NCBI GenBank assembly: GCA_977017575.1
Contig: CDRNVI010000037.1
Coordinates: forward strand, 1-64,000
Source: Paramoeba atlantica
Lineage: Eukaryota; Protista; Discosea
Length of the DNA: 64,000 bases
Direction of reading: 5' to 3'
A program made the position numbers and the translations under genes. Position 1 is the first letter of the stretch; each line of letters starts with the position of its first letter. Under the pieces are notes generated by a model. It made no database searches. It had not been told where the DNA came from and saw nothing but the letters and a program-made list of their open reading frames with translations. Positions 1-11,700 of the stretch are shown here, piece after piece.

Positions 1-189
1 CTTTGTCGGTAAGGGAACAGGATTGCTCTGAAATTTCGGCAAAATATCCCAACATTGTCGGTTTCGTGACTGTCGAAAGAGCCTCGCCCTACTCATCAGA
101 GGTGGAACTCCTCCGCACGGGTAAACTAAACCAACTGTACGAATATTATTCGCACTTTTTTATTACTATTAGTATTCGCAATACACTTA

Positions 190-943
190 CAGGGGTATCA
201 ACTTCCATTTGGGGGGGTCTAAAAATTGTAAAACTTGGCCAATTTTGGAAAATAATAGCGCATTGGAGAGTTCTCGCAGAATTATATGTCTTTGGCATAT
301 TCGGAATGCTCAACTTGAAAGATCTAATTTAAAAGAAAAAAGTATTGTTTTTTTCACGTGAAAATGTGGCAATTTTTCATTTTTTACCCATTTTATGACC
401 ACAAAAACGAGTTTGCTTAAGGATTCCCCTGGTGTTTTGATCGCGCGTTCATATGTTTTACCATGGAAGATTAAAGTATAAGTAATGTAACGGAATGCTT
501 CTTGTAGCAGACTTCGAGAAAACACAGACTTATTCCCGGACTTACCTAAATTTTCGTGTCCACGAGGAAACTGTGAAACACTGAGTGGAAGGGTTCATGT
601 TTTTAATGATAAACGTCAGAGAAAAGACAAAGTGAAATTTGAGTGGGTTAAAAAACTTTAAAAAACGTATAGAATTGACGTAGAGAAAAAGAGAGCACAT
701 TGCGGATGCTACATGGGCTTGAAAAAAATGAGTGTTAAAAAACCTGAGATTTTTTTGTCATTTCTTTAAGTGACAATTCGCATTTTTGGCCTATTCGGCA
801 TTCGTAGTTCTAATTTGATATGATAAAAGCTACCAGTGCAAAGACATACAACTCTGCGAGCGCTCTCCAAAGCGCCATTATTTTCCAAAATTGAGAAGTT
901 TTTATAAATTTTAGACCCCCCCAGATGGAAGTTGACACCCCCG
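190..943. mobile_element. Non-autonomous Tc1/mariner-type element (MITE-like) with ~110-bp TIRs
   Basis: Left end TA|CAGGGGTATCAACTTCCATTTGGGGGGGTCTAAAA is the inverted match of right end TTTTAGACCCCCCCAGATGGAAGTTGACACCCCCG|TA. The IR extends ~110 bp (190-~298 vs ~837-943). TA on both sides; no transposase ORF. Confidence 0.85.
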
Positions 944-1013
944 TATTATTCGCAAAAAGACCTATGATTCCCATTTTTTATTATTCGCATTTTTTGGCTT
1001 CGTATTTTTTATA

Positions 1014-2360
1014 TATAAACCCCGCGTCATGAAAAGTGACCCCCCACTTTTTTTTCGTACAAGAGTCTGTTTGAGCTGATTTTTGTTGCATTTTGCAGAT
1101 CTCAACACAAAGACTTTGCGCGAGAAGGAATGAAACTAAAAGAAGCGAATACGTATATTTTATTGAGGAATTACCATTTTTTCACTTTTTCGCCTTTCAA
1201 TCTTATACACTCCTTAAGGCGTGAGTCAAAGCTTAAGACCGTTTTGTCGATCACATTTTGAGACAAGCGAGACCACGCTTTGCGTACACATCGGATGAGT
1301 GAAGGCTTATCCGATGGGGTCTGTTCGTCCACCGCCCCTTGGACCATAGACCAGACGTTTTCTATTGGGGAAAGATCTGGTGAGTTGGGGGGTCAATTTT
1401 TCAGAAGTTCACTCATTGCGCTTTCAATGTACTCCTTCGAGGCACGAGCAGTGTGTGCCGTTGCCCCATCTTGCTGAAAAATACGATTAGGGGGGAAATC
1501 TACCTCTTTTAATGTTTCTATGTACGTCTCACTTGTAATAGATGTGTCATTTTGTAGAATTACCAAGTACCTCCACCCCACCCCTACAGCACCCCAAACT
1601 TGGCATCTTGGTGCCCAACGTACTTTTTGACGCGGGGCTGCTTTTTGACCGCGCCTTACCCACATTTTTCTTCTGCCATCATTCGTATCAAATATTTTTT
1701 CGTCTGTAAAGATGACACGGGAAGTATCCATATTGTAATTCAACGCAAATTGAACTCTTTTTACTTTTTGTCGTTCGGTAAGCCCTTGGCATAGCGGTCG
1801 AGCGGCATAACTGTAATCCAGGGATGATAAGTCTCTCTGTACAGTTCTTTTTGAAACTTGTATATTCTTTTTCTTCAATTGGGCTGCTATGCACCTTGAT
1901 GAATTGAGTCTCGGTACTCCAGCGGGGTCAAGAGGGGTTATTATCTTCTCAAATTTCGTTTTACGAGATTTCATTATTTTTTTTCGCTCAGGACTCAAAG
2001 TGTATACTGGGGTAGTTTTTTTTCGTTCAAATATTTTTTAACTATCCTTCTAGAAACGTTGAAATCACGGGCTAGCTCTTTTATTGGTACTCCTTGTTCG
2101 TGCCTCATCTTTAAAAGAACCTTTCCACTAGACGTCAGCCCCCCTCTTGGGAGTCGATATGGTGATTTTGGCATTTTTGAAAAAAAAGTTGAGAAAAATA
2201 AATTTTTTTTTACTGAATTTTAAAGTTTTAAAATGAGCTAAAAACAGCGGGAACGTACAGATCTCAAAATTTTGAACGACAACGTGGTATGATAACCCCC
2301 CCACGACCCCCTGTGCTAAAAATAGGGGGGGGGTCACTTATTGGTGACGCGGGATTTATA
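1014..2360 (-). mobile_element. Tc1/mariner-superfamily DNA transposon, full length, ~30-bp TIRs
   Basis: TAAACCCCGCGTCATGAAAAGTGACCCCCC (1016-1045) is inverted with GGGGGGTCACTTATTGGTGACGCGGGATTTA (ends 2358). Both sit in TA context and enclose a transposase gene. Confidence 0.85.
1171..2108 (-). pseudogene. Tc1-like DD35E transposase, one frameshift and one nonsense codon
   Basis: ATG 2108 gives an HTH (GVPIKELARDFNVSRRIVKKYL), then a frameshift near 2000-2020 into ORF 1393-1998 (VIFTDEKIF, IFQQDGATAH). TGA at 1393-1395 replaces the W of WPPNSPDLSPIENVW. The frame then continues to TAA at 1171. Confidence 0.88.
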
Positions 2361-2542
2361 TATACATGTATATATTATTTTTTTTTAGCCGGAACGGGGA
2401 TTGCTGGGCCCAGCTGCCACCTAGGCCTACCTCCCAACCAACAAACCCCAGTCAACAAACCTCCGTTTAACGGCCGAGCCGTCAAACACCGATTTATTCA
2501 CTGGTCGAGTGCCGCTCCGTATCTCCGCATACTAGCATGGGG

Positions 2543-3225
2543 ATACAGATCGAGCCTGCAGTCCGCACTGATCCAACGGACCCCGCAGATCCCACATCGG
2601 ACGCTCTCCTGCAATGAGCGAACTACACAGATCCGACAAACGGATCACACAGACCCCATAAACGGACCACACAGATCCAACAAACGGACCACACAGATCC
2701 AATCAACGACCACACAGGTCTAATCAACGGACCACACAGATCCAATAAACGTATCACGCAGATCCAATCAACGGACCACCCAAATCCAACAACCAGCCGA
2801 ACAGATCCAACAAACGGACCACACAGATCCAACAAACGGACCGCACAGATCCAATAAACGGACCACATAGATCCAACAAACGGACCACATAGATCCAATC
2901 AACGGACCACACAGATCCAATAAAACGGACCACACAGATCCAACAAACGGACCACATAGATCCAATCAACGGACCACACAGATCCAATAAACGGACCACA
3001 CAGATCCAACAAACGGACCACACAGATCCAATCAACGGACCACACAGATCCAACAACCAACCTCACAGATCCAATAAACGGACCACGCAGATCCAATCAA
3101 CGGACCACATAGATCCAATCAACGAATCACGCAGATCCAATCAACGCACCACACAGATCCAACAACCGGATCGCACAGATCCAACAAACGGGCCACACAG
3201 AGCCAATTAACGTACCATAGATCCA
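2543..3225. repeat. ~22-bp minisatellite, consensus ACGGACCACACAGATCCAA(T/C)(C/A)A, roughly 28-30 copies
   Basis: Tandem units read directly; degenerate at both edges. It explains the overlapping low-complexity minus-strand ORFs. Confidence 0.92.
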
Positions 3226-3620
3226 ATATTTCTCAGGTCGCAACATAAACATGAGCGACGCCAATCAGCCACATGTTGATGAACTACACTGTATGTCTGC
3301 CAATTCGAAGTAAAAATCCTTAACGCCTCTCCTCCCTCCTCCCCCGGCCTTAGCGAAGACCTTCCCCAGGCTTGCGACTGGGTAATGCGGAGTTACGGAG
3401 CGGCCCTCGACCAGTGAATAAATTAACTTAATGCGGTGTTCCCTACTGAAAAGAGTGGTTCCACAAAATTTATATTTTTGCAGAGCTTGCTGCAGCACAG
3501 CAAAGGTCGCTTGCTGCCGAAACTCAAATTCCTTTGTTTGTACCGCTTTCGAACGAGTTCCTGAATCGGCAACGTTTTCTTCAGAGAGAAGATTAGCAAT
3601 AATAAGGAAATAAGTGTGCA

Positions 3621-4431
3621 CGCACACTTATTATTCCGGAAAAATTAAGGTTGTGTACACAGTAAACCTTGAAGCGAACTTTTTTATATTTTTTTGCGAC
3701 CTTTCAAGTGGAACCGTGGATTCGGATACGACAAAAGAATAACGGGAGATACTGTTCCATTTTAGCTGTGCCTTGTCAACAGAGCTTTTAGTATTTTCCT
3801 CGTTCACAATAGCCTGGGTCATAGAGCACATGGTCCTCAGACGGCGAGTTCGAACCCCGCTCATGGAACATAATTCCCGGCGGCCTCACTCCAGGAGGCT
3901 GGTTTGAGAATCGACTAGGCCCAGTACTCGGAGGACCGATCAGGACCCCTCTCAGGGAGCCAGCTACCTTACATGGCTTACACCTCTTGGGTTAGCCGTG
4001 TTGACGTACAATTCGTCGACGTAGCGTGTTGGTAACAGCACGTTGGTGCCGCCTTGTGCAAGCGGAAACTGGTAGAGGACGTCGGTCTCGGAACTTCCAA
4101 ATCAGTCTGTGAAGGGTCTGGCTTGCCAGTGACTGTCCAGAGCAGTCAGGGTCTTCGGAAGAGCCATCATTGAAGGATTCTTCATCGGGAGAATTCGAGT
4201 TGCTTTCTTCAATAATGCCAACGCCCCATTCACGACGCTCCTGGCGAAGGTTCTTTGTTTCAAGGTAAACCAAATTTTCCTCGAATCCAGGAATTTTTTT
4301 CCATTGGCAGATATAAAGTTTTGTAAAAAATCTCAAAGGTGAAATAATAATAAAAAACGGAATAATAAGTGTGTTTCCGGAATAATAAGTGTTTCCGGAA
4401 TAATAATAAAAAACGGAATAATAAGTGTGCG
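3621..4431. repeat. Segment bounded by a perfect 18-bp inverted repeat, possible decayed TIR element
   Basis: CGCACACTTATTATTCCG (3621-3638) vs CGGAATAATAAGTGTGCG (4414-4431). Extra GGAATAATAAGTGT copies at ~4359 and ~4379. No clear TSD. Confidence 0.45.
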
Positions 4432-4825
4432 GGGGGTTTACGTATGTTTACATGAGGGAAAAACAAGGCCAACCTTAAGAATGAGCCGAAAAAACCCAAG
4501 TAAACATGATATGAAAACATACTAAACGTTCTTAAAGATATCAAAACCTTAGCCAATATCAGTAACGTGATTTGGTTGGATACAACCTTTCAATACATCT
4601 ATCTTGTAACTTCTGCGGATACGTCGTAATCGATTCGTCCTTTCGCGGTGACGTCGTATTTTTTCTTCCGGAGAGAAATATTTTGAATTTTGTTGATGAA
4701 CAGACCGACAACCGACTAAAATGTTTGGGAAGATTTTGGTGAAAATCTAAAAAAAAATCCGTTAATTATTATTCCGTTAATTTTTATTCCAATCATTTTT
4801 ATTCCCTTAATAAGTGCTTTGACGG

Positions 4826-4961
<136 letters not shown>

Positions 4962-6201
4962 GACATACAAGTGCAGCGCGGAATTTTTCCAAAGTTCCGG
5001 GGTGATAGAACCTGGAGAGGTTCACGAAAAACACCAAAAATGATTCCTCGGTGATATTCCTCGGTGTATTAGCAACACCGTGCACCTCTAGTAATCGCTC
5101 AAGCCGAAAGAAGTACGTTGTTCTTTTTCACCTGTTGGGGGCGCTGCTGCATATATGCGAGATACATGAAAATTGCGAGCCGTTGATGAAAATGACCCTG
5201 TTTTCTCGAAATTTTCAACCAGCAACATTATAAAAAAGGGGGGGTTATGTGTTAGTTTTGTTTTACTTGAGGGTGAGAAACGGTTCTCCGAGAATTTCCC
5301 TCGAAGAACGTGAATGTAACCCGATTTTAGGGCATCAATGTCCAAAAAAGGGAAAAAACAGGCAAAAAAATGCGAATTTTACAACCCGAAAAAACTTAAT
5401 TTTACTCTAAAATGCGTTGTGTGTAAAAGCATGGGAAACGACATGTAAGTAGGCGATGTTGACCTGCTTTGTTTGCATTTGCGCCCTGTTTAGCAAGGAA
5501 AGGTGAGCAAGCCACATACAATTGTTTTGGCATCGGAAGGGGTGGGGAAGGATTTCGGCGTGTATGTCTTGATACGACCTCATAATAGGTTGTGTGGGAG
5601 CAGGCACGAATTTCGCCGATAGGGAAATCTGCACGAGAATGCAATAGGAGATCTGTGTGACAAAACGTGAGCCGCAGTGACAACACTAGAGTTTCCCCCT
5701 GATCGAGGGCCTTGCATTGGTGTATTGTAGGTCAGCAAGAAGGAAACGAACAAAAGATAAAAATCGGGCTCCCATGGTCCGAACGGACCCTCCTGGAGCA
5801 CCTTCGAAAACCATTTGAATTCTAAATCTGTTTTATTTTCGAAATAACTTTGTTTCTGTGAATCTCGACCCCTGGTATGTCCTCGTTTTCCCTGGAACCT
5901 CATGCCTTCCCCTAAACTCCCTCCGCCTGAACGCTCGCCCCGAACCCCCTCCCTGAACTCCCCTTTACCACCCCCTAGAACCCCCTGGACCCCCCGAATT
6001 CTCCTTAGACTCTCAAGTCCTAAAATCCTTTTGCTGAATTTCGGATCCCCCTATTTTTTCCTTTCCTATTCTATTACTGGGGGTCTACGGTTTTTCGAAG
6101 CTAGGAATCAAAATTAGTGTTGAATTTTTACGTGCTGAATTTTACGACGCGTTTTTGATATCGTTACAGATTTTTTTATTACATTTTGATATTATATCCG
6201 C

Positions 6202-6708
6202 ATGGCGCCGAAATCTGAAACTAAGAAAAAGGCGAAAACGAATCAGTCAAAGACTGAAATTAAACCTTTGAAAACCAAAGCGAAAGCCCGCGCACCCACC
6301 AAAGCCGTGTCTACCCCAGTAAGGCCAAAGGCAGGTCACGCGAAAAAGAGAAAGATCCGAACCGACGTTACCTTTCGCCGTCCCCGGACTCTGCGACCTG
6401 CGAAACAGACCAAAGTATCCCGAAGGACTGCAGTTGTGAAAAAGCGGCTGGACACCTATCGCACCATTCGGTATCCGCTTACCTCCGAAAAAGCAATGAA
6501 AAAGATTGAAGACGACAACACATTGGTTTTTATTGTCGACATTCTTTCGAACAAACAACAAATTAAGGAAGCCGTTAAGCGAGCCTACAATATACGCGCC
6601 ATCAAGGTGAACACGCTCATCCGTCCGGATGGGAAGAAGAAGGCAATGGTGAAACTCCACAAAGATGATGATGCGCTGGACCTAGCCAACAAGATCGGTA
6701 TTGTGTAA
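6202..6708 (+). CDS. RPL23A: 60S ribosomal protein L23a (uL23)
   Basis: [68 protein letters not shown]. Confidence 0.97.
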   Translation: MAPKSETKKKAKTNQSKTEIKPLKTKAKARAPTKAVSTPVRPKAGHAKKRKIRTDVTFRRPRTLRPAKQTKVSRRTAVVKKRLDTYRTIRYPLTSEKAMKKIEDDNTLVFIVDILSNKQQIKEAVKRAYNIRAIKVNTLIRPDGKKKAMVKLHKDDDALDLANKIGIV

Positions 6709-6958
6709 TTTCCTGTGTCAGATTGCGCTCGAGATGGAGTGGAAGATATGGAAGTGAATCGGAAAAGCCAACCGGAAGAAAGTGGTAGGTAAAGAAAAAA
6801 AAACCTTTGTGTTGTTTATGTGACTGGTATACTTCAACGGAAGAAGCTTTTACTAAACTAATGTTTATTTCAAAATATAGGATGCTCTGTACTTTCGTAG
6901 ACCTGAAAACTTAGTCTCTAGGACAAACTTAATACACGAACTTCATTTTCTTTTTCTG

Positions 6959-7363
6959 ATGTTTCAAACTGCTCTGTGCCGATCTTTAGGCGGGAGTAAA
7001 GGTATTGGAGCCGCAACGGCTCTACTTTTGGAGCGTCGCTCGGGTGTGTGTAAGACATGGATTGATCAAAAAGGGTTTGGATTCGTCACCGATTCTAGCA
7101 CCAACCAGGACGTGTTTGTACACTTCCGAGAGCTTACGTGCCAGAAACCGCGCAAAATGATGCAAGTCGGGGAGGAAATCGAGTTCGACGTGGAGGAGCT
7201 GGAAGGACGCCAGCGCGGAGTTCGTGTTACTGCCCCCGGTGGGGGACCTCTCCAAGGAGGCGACTTGGATCCCAGCATGTCGCGTGGGCGAGGTGGAAGC
7301 CGCGGCGGTCGCGGGGGCCGAGGGGGGCGTGACTACGCCTCCGATGATGGGTTTGATATCTAA
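6959..7363 (+). CDS. RBP16: Mitochondrial cold-shock domain/RGG RNA-binding protein, RBP16-like, copy 1
   Basis: Transit-peptide-like N-terminus, CSD with RNP motifs (KGFGFV, VFVHF), VTAPGG linker and RGG tail. This is the architecture of trypanosome RBP16. Confidence 0.8.
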   Translation: MFQTALCRSLGGSKGIGAATALLLERRSGVCKTWIDQKGFGFVTDSSTNQDVFVHFRELTCQKPRKMMQVGEEIEFDVEELEGRQRGVRVTAPGGGPLQGGDLDPSMSRGRGGSRGGRGGRGGRDYASDDGFDI

Positions 7364-7824
7364 AATGAGCCAAAATAATCTTTCGCATCAGTAACAGGTA
7401 CATTCACGTTATTTTTATTCATGTCTACATCACTATTTTGAAGTGTCTATTTAATTTGAGCTGGTAACCCGTTTTATAAAAATCCTTTTAAACGATTTCT
7501 CGTGGTGTCGAAAAGAAAATTGTCAACGTCCAATAGTCTACTATACGATTTTGTTTGCCTTTTTCGAATTGGTGATTGCTTTTATGGTCAGTGTTGTTAT
7601 GGGATTTTGACACGCATTTTGGAAGAATATCGAAAGAAAGCTTAAGTTTTGGTGCTCAATTTTCCACGATGAACACGATGCACTTACTATTCCTTCCAGT
7701 TGTATACGATTTCTATATTTTTTTGCATTGTCTTCGATTGTCCAGACGTAATAAGGTTGTAAGGTAATGAACATCGAGAAAAAGACGAAATTTTACTTAC
7801 AGCAACTCATATCACAATCATTTT

Positions 7825-8226
7825 ATGTACTCTACCGCTCTTCGCCTGGCTGGTTCGACGCGTGGCATTGGAGCCGCAACGGCTCTACTTCTGGAACGCC
7901 ACTCGGGTGTGTGTAAGACATGGATTGATCAAAAGGGATTCGGATTCGTCACCGACTCTAGTACCAACCAGGACGTGTTTGTACACTTCCGAGAGCTTAC
8001 GTGCCAGAAACCGCGCAAAATGATGCAAGTCGGGGAGGAAATCGAGTTCGACGTGGAGGAGTTGGAAGGACGCCAGCGCGGAGTTCGTGTCACTGCCCCC
8101 GGTGGAGGACCTCTGCAGGGAGGTGACTTGGATCCCAGCATGTCGCGTGGGCGAGGTGGCAGCCGCGGCGGTCGAGGGGGTCGTGGAGGACGCGATTACG
8201 CCTCCGATGACGGCTTCGATATCTAG
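7825..8226 (+). CDS. RBP16: Mitochondrial cold-shock domain/RGG RNA-binding protein, RBP16-like, copy 2
   Basis: Mature part essentially identical in protein to 6959-7363; different leader peptide. Confidence 0.8.
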   Translation: MYSTALRLAGSTRGIGAATALLLERHSGVCKTWIDQKGFGFVTDSSTNQDVFVHFRELTCQKPRKMMQVGEEIEFDVEELEGRQRGVRVTAPGGGPLQGGDLDPSMSRGRGGSRGGRGGRGGRDYASDDGFDI

Positions 8227-8717
8227 ATCCAAAGCGCAATCACGTCGTGATATTATCCTAGATTTTTATTAGATGATTTTTTTTGCGAAGCGTCACTATA
8301 ATATAAGATTGCATTGAAAGATAGCAGTTGAATTACGGGCGTCCTTAAAAGGAATATTTTCGCTTGTTTTGCGCCTTTAGCAAGGTTTTCCGTCTGAGTT
8401 GCGTTCCGTGCGCGGGAGTGATGGCTCAACCCATTGCATTTTAACCACATGTAACTTTTCTTGGTAACAATTTCTATTAACCAAATTGCAAAGTTCTGAT
8501 TATTTCGAATCGTTTTTCACAGGTGCAACATTCTTGGTACTACACGTTGCACCATCTTCACATTTTATCGTAGATGGATAAACACACACCTTCCCTTTAC
8601 AGCTTAACGCTCACGAAAAAAAAAACACACCTCTATCCAAATCCTCCTTTTTCCCTCCTTAACATCACCCCCCTCTCTTTCATCGCCTTTTTTCATCCCC
8701 CTTCCATCCTCCAACCC

Positions 8718-11700
8718 ATGCTACGCCACCCTCTCCTCCCCTGTCGTAAAATCACCTCCTCCCTCTCCTCCCACCCCCCTCCTCCCCCCCTCCCCCTCTT
8801 CCCCACGCCCCACGCCCCCTACTCCACCCCCCCTACCCCTCCCCCCCGCTTCCACCCCTTCACCCGCCGCGACGAGGACGAGCTCCTCCACACGGTCACC
8901 ACCAAGCCCCGCCACGTGCTGCGAAAGGTGCGCCAACTCGTGTGGAGGTCCCGCAAGAGGGAACTCCAGTTCCGCTCCACCCTCACCTTCCTGGTGCTCA
9001 CCCTGCAGGACCAGCTCCGGGCCCGCGCCCTCCCCCCCGCCACCGCGAGCGCCATCATGGAGGCCGTGATGCGGGAGTGCGTGCGGCTGGCCCAGCACGA
9101 CATGGCCCACCTGCTGTTCCGGGCCTTCCTGCGGTTCCGCAAGCACGGCTGCGGGGTCACGGTGAACTGCGTGAGGTACCTGTTTGAGAGCTATAAGGGG
9201 GGGGTGGGGAGTAGTAAGAATACATGTATGAATCATGATATGGATGGGAAGAAGAATATAAAGAATACGAACGATGAAAATAGGAAGAATAATGAAAATA
9301 GGTATAAAAACGATGAAAAGAATGAAAACCATGAAAATAGGAATAAAAACGATAACAACACATGTAAGAAGAGTCCTAAGAACGATGAAAAGAATACGGA
9401 CCCTGAAAATACAGATCACAACAACCCCTGTTACAACAACAACCAGGAGTTTATGTATCAACTCGCGTGTGAGATGAGAGGGGAGTCGGGGCTGCGACCG
9501 CTTTGTATGGCGGCGCTGCTCTATGCGGGTCGCCCCAAGGAGGCGGAGGCGATGAGGGGGGCAGGGGGGGAGACCGGTGAGATGACCACACAGGATCGGT
9601 TAGCGTTACTCGAGGGGTACGACAAGTTGGATGATGTGAAACGGTTGGGGGAGTTGGAGAGGGAGTTTTTGGAGACACCGCAGGGGGGAGGGGAAGGGGA
9701 GAACGCCGAAGGGGAGAAACAGGCCAAGGAAAGTAAGGCCGCGGTGGTGAAAACTTTGTTAAGGATTTATCAAAGAAGGGGGGCGTATGAGAAGGTGGAG
9801 GGGTTGCTGGGGGTGGTAACGCAGTGTGGGTTAGCGCTTGACCCGGTGGCGTTTTGTTCCATCCTACGCCATCGTACGCAGAAAGCACAAACGGTGGAGG
9901 AACTCAACGAGGCGGAGCAAGCGGTACGTGACATGGGGTATGAGTTTGATATCGCAGGGTACAGTATTTTGGTCAGCGCGTATGCGCGGCTCACGACCTT
10001 TGGGGATCGTGCCAGTGAGGAGATTATGTTGGGGAAGGTGGACACGCTGCTGGGGTCGATTGAGGCTCGGCTAAAACACGGGGACCCGGACCTGGATGTG
10101 TCGGTGTCCCACCTGCGGGCGGTGATCCGGGGGTACGGCGCCGCGGGGAAGGCGGAGCGGATGCGGGAGGCGTGGAAACGGATGCAGTTCCGAGGTCTGA
10201 GTAACGACACCCGGGTGTATAATGAGATGGTGAAGTGGTACTCGCTGATGGGGAGTGTAAAGGATGTGCTGGATTTGAAGGAGCACATGAAGGAGAGTGA
10301 GGTGTACCCGGATGCTCAGACCTATACGTGGATCTTTCGCTCCCTCGGGAAGTACTACCCGCGCCAGGTGGCCGCGCTTTATGAGGAGATACAATCCAAC
10401 CGCGTGCGTCCGGACCTGACGCTGTACACCACCATGTTGGGTGTCTTCGGGGATCTCCGAATGGAGGACAAGGTGAAAAAGATTGTCTCGGAAATGCAAA
10501 AGCGAGAGGAGGCGGGGACGCTGCAACCGAGTCCGTTTACTTATGCTGTGCTGATGCGGTTGCACTCGTCGAACCTCGCAAAGGTGGAGGAGCTGTTCGC
10601 GGAGGCGCAGAAAAAGGGTGTCGGGGATTTCCCTCATGTTATTACGATATACCTACACTGCCTCACGCGAGCGAATGAACGCGAAAAGATTAACACCCTG
10701 CTGCAGTCCTGGCCCACATGGCACACCAATGTGTACAACGTTCTCATTGCCTTTCACGCTCGCCACGATGAGAGGGATAAAGTGTTTGAGCTGCTGGACA
10801 AGATGAAGACAGAAAACGTCGAGTACAACCACGTCACCTATGGCACACTGATTACGGTGTTTGGTCGCTGGAAGGATACCCCACGGGTTCTCGAGGTCAT
10901 GGAGAAAATGAAAACAAGCGGGAACTCGCAGCTGAACGCTCATTTCTACTCCATTCTCGCGAGCACCTACAGCCGTCTCGGGGACAAGGAGGGGGTCAAC
11001 GACGCGTGGGAGGATTTGCAGTCCTCCCGTCTTTACCCCGACACGGAGGTCTACAACACCTTCCTTGCACTCTATGGTAAACAGCACAACGTGGATAAGA
11101 TGCAGCACGTGCTGGATAACATGCTCAAGAACGTCCCACCGAATCCCCTGACCTCCTCGACGGTGGTCGACATGTTAGGCAAAGCCGGGAAGATCAGTGA
11201 CATGGAGCAGCTCGTGGGGGAGATGAAGAACCACCCCGACATGTGTCCCACCAGTGTGACGTATCACCAAATCATGAATGCGTACGCGAAGACGGCGGAT
11301 GTTCGAAAGATGGAGCACACCCGGGCAGAGATGCTCGAGAAAGGGTACACGGAGAATGCCGTGACGTACAACATCCTCTCCGATGGCTACGGCCGCGCGA
11401 AGCGTTATGAGCAACTCGGCGAACTCGTCCAAGAAAGGGTCTCGAAAGGGATTCCAATGGAAGAGACAGGGGTATGTGTTCTGGTGACGTCGTTTGCGCG
11501 TGCACGGATGATTAAGGACGTGAACAAGACGATTTCGCTGTTTGTGCCCGATCCGGATACCCCGCCCGTGAAAGAGGGGGAAGAGAAGAGTGAGGAGAAA
11601 CCCCCAACGTCGCCATCCGTGCCCTACACGAATAAACTGGTATGGACAATGATTGACGCGTACTGTCGGTGCGGTGATGCCCATCGTATGGAGCAGTGGG

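Noticed and set aside
1393-1395. UGA reassigned to Trp (Blastocrithidia-like code)
   Set aside because: TGA ends genes at their expected lengths (e.g. LSM8 58694, NOC4 30696, SPP 36446), and TGG is used throughout. In-frame TGAs occur only in TE or LRR pseudogenes.
2543-3225. CRISPR-like array or protein-coding repeat
   Set aside because: Units are contiguous with no unique spacers. The overlapping minus-strand ORFs are by-products of a stop-free repeat.
3585-3598. AGAGAAGATTAGCA matches the U6 snRNA core
   Set aside because: The ACAGAGA box is not intact and neither flank resembles U6.
3265-4556. Short minus-strand ORFs as genes
   Set aside because: No motifs, opposite to the gene-cluster strand, and located in repeat-like DNA.
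5050-6120. Discrete transposon related to 44070-45050
   Set aside because: Only short shared motifs in inconsistent orientation; no TIR pair or TSD found.
9204-9446. Canonical intron in the PPR gene
   Set aside because: The stronger donor GTAAGA (9214) would shift the frame, there is no pyrimidine tract, and the segment is open in frame. Kept only as a testable alternative.
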